Source: Octopus vulgaris (Eukaryota). From it: 64,000 nucleotides of DNA. Numbering within the stretch: the first letter of the stretch is position 1; each line of letters starts with the position of its first letter. The notes beneath the pieces were generated by a model. That model had not been told where the DNA came from, searched no databases, and saw only the letters and a list, made by a program, of their open reading frames with translations. The stretch spans positions 67,022,001 through 67,086,000 of the forward strand of contig OX597830.1 of the NCBI GenBank assembly GCA_951406725.2, given 5' to 3'. Below are positions 54,226-64,000 of the stretch, in pieces. The translations under genes and the position numbers were made by a program.

Positions 54226-55232
54226 TTTCCCAAGTAATTAGATTTGTATCTATACCTATTATCGAATTTTGATAGGGCCCTGTATGGTAAAGATGTAGAT
54301 AGGGAAAATGTAAGTAGAAAGTAAACAACAACACAAATAACTACGCAGAGGCAGCCATGGTTGAAACAAGAACACAAGCATTCTTAAAAGAGAAAAGAAG
54401 CATGGTCATTCCTTACCCAAGTGACCTTATCTTATCGCCCACCACTTGTTAGGCGCTCATAAATTAGTTTGATAGTCGGTCTCTGATTGTCTGTATGCAA
54501 ATGAGTTCACAGCTGGGAAAAAAATTACGCAGCCGGTTCAAGGTACCTGCAACATAGGTAGTCGCCCGTGGCGTCATGTGCTTTTTAGTGTACATTTTCA
54601 ATTTTTGCTCGTGTGAAAGTTTTAAAAAATCATACTTGTTAGGGTGCCGAAGTTCTGCTTATCCGGGGCGCCAACAACCCTAAGGCCGTCCCTGTGTCCA
54701 GAATCGATTAAATAAAATCCAAGTCAAATAAGGCGGCGAGCTGGCAGAAACGTTAGCACGTCGGGCGAAATGCGTAGCCATATTTCGTCTGTCGTTACGT
54801 TCTGAGTTCAAATTCCGCCGAGGTCGACGAGCAGGCCAACATTCCCCATGATCGGAAGGCTACTGTGTTGCAGGTTTACCTATTTACAGCTGAGTGGACT
54901 GGAGCAACGTAAAATGAAAATCTTTGCTCTAGAACAGTTCTCTACAACCGGATACAGCGGCACACTTGTGTACCTCGAGACGATGCTAGATGTGTCGCAC
55001 CGTAACTAGAATATGATTTATTTCCCTAAACGTTTAGTTATATTTTTAGTTCATGTGTGCCGCTAAATTTTGAAAAGAAAATAAGTGTACCGCAAGCGAA
55101 AAATGTTGCAGAGCTCTGCTGTAGAACACAATGCGCCACTCAGTCCAGGAATCGAACCCACGATCGCGAGTGCAATGCCCTAACCACTTGGCCATGTGCC
55201 TTCAGTATTGCTTTAGGAAAAAGGAAGGACAC

Positions 55233-55409
55233 CAGTGGCATAGCTGGTTGCTGCCCGGGGCAGTCACTGAGCTTGCACCCCAAACCTGATCCCCACCAAA
55301 TTTATACGGCAGACCTCAAAGTGCTGACCCTATAAAAGTGTTACCCGGGTTGGACTGCAACCCGCATGACACCCCTACCTCATTCCCCATCACGCTAGCT
55401 ATGTCACTG
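55233..55409. mobile_element. hAT-type MITE
   Basis: TIRs cagtggcatagct / agctatgtcactg; flanks aaggacac / aatgagac (6 of 8 match). Confidence 0.7.
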
Positions 55410-55547
55410 AATGAGACATTGGATAGAATTGCTTTTATCACAAGAAAAGAAATATAACCTTTGTCTCGTTTGACAGGAACGCATTGTCTGCTCGATCAAG
55501 ATTGACCAGGGAGGGTCCAAACAACAGCGATAACAACAACAGTTACA

Positions 55548-55700
55548 GTGGAGGCGCAATGGCCCAGTGGTTAGGGCAGCGGACTCGTGGTCGTAAGAAC
55601 GCGGTTTCGATTCCCAGACCGGGCATTGTGAGTGTTTATTGAGCAAAAACACCTAAGCTCCACGAGGATCCCGCGCAACTTTCTCTCACTCTTTCTTCCT
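55548..55700 (+). mobile_element. SINE family C, 5' part
   Basis: tRNA-like head matching other C copies. Confidence 0.85.
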
Positions 55701-56514
55701 ACTTCTGCCACAAAGCAGAAGAACCGTGGTGTAACCCACTATGGTGTGGTAAACTTTCAGACCCTAGTCTAGATTGTGAATCCTCTGTACCCCAGGATGG
55801 TTCAGCTCTCTCTCCCGTTAAAAGCCACCGTTTACGGAATGAGGATAACAACGTAGCTTTCGCGCCCGTGCAACCGCCAGTCAATCGCGTGTGGTGGGTG
55901 GACCTTCAAGTTGCCACACGCATTCTTAGTAGCTTAGAGTAGGCTCGAATTAGAGATTATTCTTTGTGGCTAATGGCGTGAGTCCTGATTGGAAGAAGAC
56001 GTAGAAGACAACAACAGCAACTGGAACAAATCTTCGGGCAGAGCATGGTTATGTTTTTGCCCCTTCTCTAAAATATTTGGATATTATATTAATGTAATAA
56101 AACTAACATCATCAAAATTAGATGAATGAACAAGCGATATCTATGGCTGAATTCAAACATCAAACCTGGCATATGCAACATACATACATATATACATACA
56201 TACATACATACATACATACATACATACATACATACATACGTGTGTGCATGTGTGTGTAGTGTATAGGTTTGTAAATTTTAATATACACCGGATATCGGCC
56301 TCTACATATGCGTGTGTGTGTATGTGTGTGGTGATTGTATGTATGTATGTATGTATGTATGTATGTATGTATGTATGTATGTATGTATGTGTTTGTGTGT
56401 GTGTATGCGTGTGCTAGAGAGGGGGGGGCAGTGGTTATATTGATTTCTATTGTACTTAGTAACAATAACGATTTCTTTTGATGTATTTTATTGATTCACA
56501 CTTATGCACACACA

Positions 56515-56545
<31 letters not shown>

Positions 56546-57142
56546 CATCATACACATACGCGCGCGCACACATGCATACACACGCGCACACACTTTCACG
56601 CATGTACACACACAGACACACACACGCGCGTGTACTCGCCTACACATGTACCCACGTATACATACACATTCTCTTTCATATCCACACTTTTATTTACAGC
56701 CAAAGTATATTAGCCCAACCGCAAAAAAAAAGAGAAAGAATAAAATACATAAAAAATAATTTTTTAAATATTAAAAAAAATATATATATATTCCGTGTTA
56801 TTGATGTTTCTAGTTCATCTCTCAATATTCAAATATATTTAAAAATTTCTATCAGAATTTTATCCGATCTTTCATCGCTTTAATTCATTGCAATATTTTA
56901 TCTTTAAACAAGAGAGCGCTGGATCGGAAGATTCGGTAGAGCGTCAGGAAAAAAAAAAATCCCTTACGGTATTTAGTTGCGCCCCTTTATAATATAATCT
57001 GAAATGGAATCTCGCTGAGGTCGACATTTTGTCTTTTATCTTTCCAGGATGGCTAAAATAAGAACCATTCAAAAACTGAGATTCACCTAATCGACAATTC
57101 AGTCCCCGTCGCCCCCACCTCCTGAATATGTGTGGTCATTGT

Positions 57143-57561
57143 TATTTCTTTATTGCCCACAGGGGGGTAAACATAGAGGGGACAAACAAGGACAGACAAA
57201 GGAATTAGGTCGATTACATCGACCCCAGTGCATATCTGGTACTTAATTTAATCGACCCCGAAAGGATGAAAGGCAAAGTCAACCTCGGCGGAATTTGAAC
57301 TCAGAACGTAGCGGCAGACGAAATACCTATTTCTTTATTACCCACAAGGGACTAAACACAGAGAGGACAAACAAGGACAGACAAACGGATTAAGTCAATT
57401 ATATCGACCCCAGTGCGTAACTGATACTTATTTAATCGACCCCGAAAGGATGAAAGGCAAAGTCGACCTCGGCGGAATTTGAACTCAGAACGTAACGGCA
57501 GACGAAATACAGCTACGCATGTTGCCCGGCGTGCTAACGATTGTGCCAGCTCGCCGCCTTA
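57143..57561 (-). mobile_element. SINE family B dimer, about 18-bp TSD
   Basis: aatat(g/a)tgtggtcattgt at 57125-57142 and 57562-57579. Confidence 0.92.
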
Positions 57562-57922
57562 AATATATGTGGTCATTGTACTTCTTAATCTTAGAAAATC
57601 AATAGTTTGTCGCTTTACACGCTTCGCCTCGCTTCATGCTTTTTGCTTGATGGGGCTGAGGTCATATCATGTTAGTGGTCCCAGAGACATTATCCTGCGT
57701 AGAGAAGACCTCTTGAGAACAGTGGAGAAGATTTGTCGATAGCCTGTGCTCTATAATGAATGAAGGGCTTAACTAAGGAGCAGAAATCTTAATGACAACG
57801 TTGACTCCTGTGGGAGTTGAACTTAAAGCATAAAGATAAAGGTGCAAAGCTGAATACTACAATGCGTTCAGTCCGTCGCTTTACTTTCTCAGCCACTCGC
57901 CATCATAACCCAAAAATGCACT

Positions 57923-58321
57923 GGGCGCAGGAGTGGCTGTGTGGTAAGTAGCTTGCTTACCAATGGTTCCACATGGTTCCGGGTTGAGTCCCACTGCGTG
58001 GTATTTTGGGCAAGTGTCTTCTGCTATAGCCTCGGGGCGACCAAAGCCTTGTGAGTGGATTTGGTAGACGGAAACCGAAAGAAGCGTGTCGTATATATGT
58101 ATGAGTATGTGTGTGTGTGTGTATGTGTGTGTGTGTGTGTGTTTGGGTGTCTGTGTTTGTCTCCCAACATCGCTTGACAACCTAGCGATTCGGCAAAAGA
58201 GACCGATAGAATAAGTACTAGGCTTCCAAAGGATAAGTCCTGGGGTCGATTTGCTCGACTAAAGGCGGTGCTCCAGCATGGCCGCAGTCAAATGACAGAA
58301 ACAAGTAAAAGAGTAAAAGAG
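57923..58321 (+). mobile_element. SINE family A
   Basis: Full length with an internal deletion. Confidence 0.9.
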
Positions 58322-59468
58322 TTTTGTTTTTCACACATTGTACAACGCTAGAGAAAGAAACCTGTTTCTTGCAATAGATACAACCAAAGTAAACATTTTT
58401 TTCATGGACCCCAGTTTACTATTCTGTTTTTGTGTGGAGGCCCAAAAGACTTACATGGACCCCGGTTGAAAACCGCTGAGTTAGCTGTACAAATTTCTGT
58501 GTGTGTCTGCGCGCGCACGTGATCACGGTTTGAACGCCTGTTCATAGGTAACAGACACGATACGAACCATTGATTCTTGGGCTTGTTGTGTAATTAATAA
58601 CTTTATACGTAAGACTGAGCACATATCTCACTTAAGAACCGCAAAGACATGATTCCCAAAGGAGATTTACTGAAAAACTAATCACAGATAATAGATGAGA
58701 GAAGCATTTAGCTAAGTGTAACAGCACTAACGGTTGCATCAGCAGCAGCAGCAGCAACCGCTTTCCATAAATCTGTTTGGCAAATGGCGGCGTGACATTT
58801 TTGTCTGGGATATCATACGTAATAGATGTATTGCACTATAATTCCGCAAAGAAGTGTTGATGGAACTTTCGACTATGAGTTTTTTTTTCTCTCGGGTGGG
58901 GTTTTTATTTTTCTATGGATCAACAGCGTGAATTCATTATCACGTGATGACGTGTAACAAAAAAAAAAGAAGAAAAAAAAACGAAAAAATTTACAAAGAG
59001 ATACAAAAAAAATTCAAGCTTTTAAACTTCAACTGTTGTGTTTCTATTGACACTTCATTTCAGTCGCTATAATCTTTTGTTACCTTCTGGTGTTATAATT
59101 ATGCGCATATATAAATGCAGGCGCCCATGGATAGATGTGTTATGTAGTTATATATGTATGTATATAGGTATTAATGCACACGCACACACACGTATATGTA
59201 ATGTAATATGCACACGCTGTGTCGTGTACAATGGTAACTGAACAGAGATGAGAGACAGAAGCGTTTAACACATGTAATGGGAGTTAAAAGCATTTATTAA
59301 CAGGTTGACTCAGCTTTTTTGACCCCGAACAAGTGACAACGTAGCCGTTTATCTGCACCTACAAAACTTTCAGTAATGTATCACGCTGCTAATACACATA
59401 TACACACACACAATTAACACTTTATCAATGTAAGAGTGTTTGATATATATATATATATACGTACACAT

Positions 59469-59503
<35 letters not shown>

Positions 59504-59564
59504 CTTAGATAAACTTAGATATGTTTCGACCAAACATTGGTCCAGGCCATGTCTAACTTAATAG

Positions 59565-59598
<34 letters not shown>

Positions 59599-59906
59599 TC
59601 GTTAATATCGAACAATGAGAATGAGTGTTCAACACACCACATTGGTGGATAAAAATTCTTTCTTTATGGGTTAAGGCTACCATTGGTTTCATGTTAAATG
59701 AAATCCCTTAACAATTATCAAGCCTTCCACATGGAACGTCGGTGTCCATTTCCGTCTTGGATTAAAACACGTATAAACACAAATACAGATGTGTGTATAT
59801 ATGTGCGTGCATGTGTGTGTGTGTCTGTGTTAAATAATGAGGGTAGATATAAATATTATTAATTAATATCAATTTAAATCAGTGGCTAGCATACTTAAAA
59901 TATATA

Positions 59907-59972
<66 letters not shown>

Positions 59973-59973
59973 G

Positions 59974-60031
<58 letters not shown>

Positions 60032-60032
60032 G

Positions 60033-60090
<58 letters not shown>

Positions 60091-60107
60091 AGAGGTGAGA
60101 CGAAGAC

Positions 60108-60508
60108 GGGATCTTTTCGGTTTGAACGGCAGTTTTTCTAGCGGTATCATATGAAATTGTCACCCATAATTATGACCCTATTGCATATCAATCTGTTTTA
60201 GGGTTAGGGGTGGGGGGAAGGGTATCTTTTTTTCTTCACAAATGTAAATAAACCCAATCTGTTTCTTAAACGAAGGACATATTCATACGGCACAGAATGT
60301 TTTCACCTCAAGAGACGTCATTAATTGGTTGAAATTGCAGAAATTGAAGAAAAAAAACAACAAATATCTTAGAAACTATAGAATTTTCTCAATAAAGCCA
60401 AGAGAAAAAGATGTTTTATAAACACATTCTACCAGTATACGAAGTTTAAAAGTGTTTAGTTACGTGGAAATTATTTTAAAAAACTGTCAGTCAAACCGAA
60501 AAGATCCC
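60108..60508. mobile_element. MITE family D, 6-bp TSD gaagac
   Basis: Exact TSD at 60102-60107 and 60509-60514; TIRs gggatcttttcggtttga / tcaaaccgaaaagatccc. Confidence 0.92.
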
Positions 60509-60860
60509 GAAGACGATGGGATTCTGAGAGTTTCTCTTTACCAAATTCATTCACAAATTATGTCAGCTCGGACTGGGGTTGTATTATAATGGAAAATACC
60601 AAAAGTGCCTCACTGTGAAAATGGACCTAAAACTACGTAGTTGCAAAACAAAATTGTTAACCACGTAGCCGACACCGTAAAACTAGTAGGAGCTTTTCAG
60701 TACCTATAATACTCTTAACTTATGGTGTTAACTTCTTTCTTTCAGAAAGGTTTGAGTAGTTTTATACAATTCGATTAGATATAATCAGTATGGCAATAAC
60801 TTAAAATTTTGAATTTTCTTTCAGATTTTCAAGTTGTAAATGTAAGAACTTTTAATGAAA

Positions 60861-61255
60861 TCTTTATATATAAAAGTCAAGTTGTGTGTCTGTCTCCTAC
60901 GATTTAGATTCCTAACTACTCCCACATTTTGCGGTGCAGTTTAACCAAAACCGGGTATCTTATAGTCGTAATTCATATCGAGCCCTTCTGGGTATTAGCG
61001 CGCGTCTAGATGAGTCTACGATTTAAAAAAATTTACCATAATTTTTTTTCCATTTTAATGCATTTTTTCGCTATTATATAAGGGAAGTAACTCTCTAAAA
61101 ATGTCTACGATGAGTCAACGATTTAAAAAAAAATTTACCATAATTTTTTTTCCATTTTTAATGCATTTTTTTGCTATTCTTTGGCTATAACTCTCTAAAA
61201 ATGCATTATAGTTATTTCCCTTACAAACCCGAGCAACGCCAGGCGATACTGCTAG
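60861..61255 (+). mobile_element. Non-autonomous Helitron family H2
   Basis: A|TC...caaacccgagcaacgccaggcgatactgCTAG|T; internal duplication of about 100 bp. Confidence 0.88.
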
Positions 61256-61570
61256 TTGTATCTATAAAGCAACCACTAGGAGACGCGTGGATTAGTGGTT
61301 AGGGTGTTAGATTCACAACCATAAGATTGTGGTTCCGATCCCTGGGCCCAGCGATCTGTTGTGTTCTTGAGCAAAACACTTTACTTCATGTTGCTCCAGT
61401 TCACTCAGTTGTAGAAATGAGTACCACTAGTGGAGGCGTGTTGCTTAGTAGTTAAGGTGTTGGATTCACGACTGTAAGATTGTAGTTTCGATCCCTGTAT
61501 TGGCCGATCCGTACAGGGATCATACGCATCAAAACATACACACGTTATGTGCGTATGTGTGTGTATGTGC

Positions 61571-61620
<50 letters not shown>

Positions 61621-61879
61621 AAAGAAATGATTCTTTGAGGTTTGAATAATTCACCTCTGGAAACGTGGGTTTTCTTTCATCATCCTTAAACAAATCTATC
61701 ACTATGTCGCGCACATACGGTTGTAATGCATATACCTGGTGTACCCTTATCAGACGGGTAGTCATGATAGGTATATTGGGCCTTGTATATTTGTACCCCA
61801 GTGTCACTTTGATGACATATACTGCTCTCTTATTCAATAACAACAACAACAACAATAATAATAATAACAACAACAATAA

Positions 61880-63090
<1,211 letters not shown>

Positions 63091-63101
63091 TAATAACAAC
63101 A

Positions 63102-63153
<52 letters not shown>

Positions 63154-63543
63154 TATTGTCGACTTCTTAAGAACTTTTACACACCATTATTTATAGCATC
63201 ATTTTACAAAACAGCGAACTTAGCAACATTTTGTCCGTCTTTACGTTTTGAATTAAAATTCTGCCGAGGTCGACTTAGCCTTTCATCATTTCTGGGTCGA
63301 TAAAGAATTACCAGTGAAACACTTGGATCGATCGATGTAATTGACTAGTCCCCTCCCCAAAAAATTTCAGGCCTTGTACCTTCAGTAGAAGGATTACCTA
63401 CAGCATTATTTGCTTCGAGATCCATCATAAACGTAACACACAATCTGGTGTTCCAAAGAACCATAATGAACTTACAAACTTGAGTTATCTTAATTTCTCC
63501 GGCATTTGCTCTGTATTTCATAACACACACTCCTCTCTTTCTC

Positions 63544-63575
<32 letters not shown>

Positions 63576-63748
63576 ACTATATATATTCTTTTATTCTTCT
63601 ATTCTTTTACTTGTTTCAGTCATCTGACTGCGGCCATGTTGGAGCACCGCGTTGAAGGGTTTTAGTAAAACAAATTGACTCCAGGACTTATCTTTGTTAA
63701 ATCCTGGTACTTATTCTATCGCTCTCTATCTTACTTATTCTATCGCTT

Positions 63749-63904
63749 AGGCGCAGCAGTGGCTATATGGTAAGTATCTTGCTTACCAACCATATGGTTC
63801 TGGGTTCAGTCCCACTGCGTGGCACCTTGGGCTATACTATAGCCTCGGGCTGACCAAAGCCTTGTGAGTGGATTTGGTAGACGGAAACTGAAAGAAGCCT
63901 GTCG

Positions 63905-63936
<32 letters not shown>

Positions 63937-64000
63937 TATGTATGTATGTGTGTGTGTGTGTGTCTGTCTGTCTGTGTTTGTCCCCCCAACATCGCTCGAC
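63749..64000 (+). mobile_element. SINE family A (runs off the window end; an opposite-strand tail fragment lies at 63600-63745)
   Basis: aggcgcagcagtggctatatggtaagta head and core. Confidence 0.88.

Overview
Eukaryotic, AT-rich, repeat-saturated genomic DNA, most likely from an octopus (coleoid cephalopod). This rests on my recollection of the SINE sequences and on the extreme (TA)n/(CA)n/(GATA)n/(TAA)n density; it was not checked by a search. I see no intact host protein-coding gene, rRNA, true tRNA or CRISPR array, and nearly all ORFs in the supplied track are microsatellite or SINE translations. The window contains: (i) about 40 copies or fragments of at least four tRNA-derived SINE families, labelled A, B, C and G here; (ii) non-autonomous DNA transposons (Helitrons, Tc1/mariner-Tc2, hAT, piggyBac, and an unclassified 6-bp-TSD MITE carrying TTAGGG repeats); (iii) decayed coding remnants of two Penelope-like retroelements (PLEs), a hAT transposase, an RTE LINE, an R4/Dong-like LINE in (TAA)n, a possible BEL/Pao fragment and an OTU-like protease fragment. 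The most interesting signal is a set of small non-coding elements carrying minimal hammerhead ribozyme (HHR) motifs. One family joins a Pol III (tRNA-like) promoter to an HHR and inserted as an inverted dimer. One has a non-canonical CUGUNGA core in all three copies. Several sit in (TA)n tracts. A few weak host-exon and promoter candidates are flagged. Coordinates were read by eye: TSD/TIR-bounded elements should be near exact, degenerate ones are approximate.
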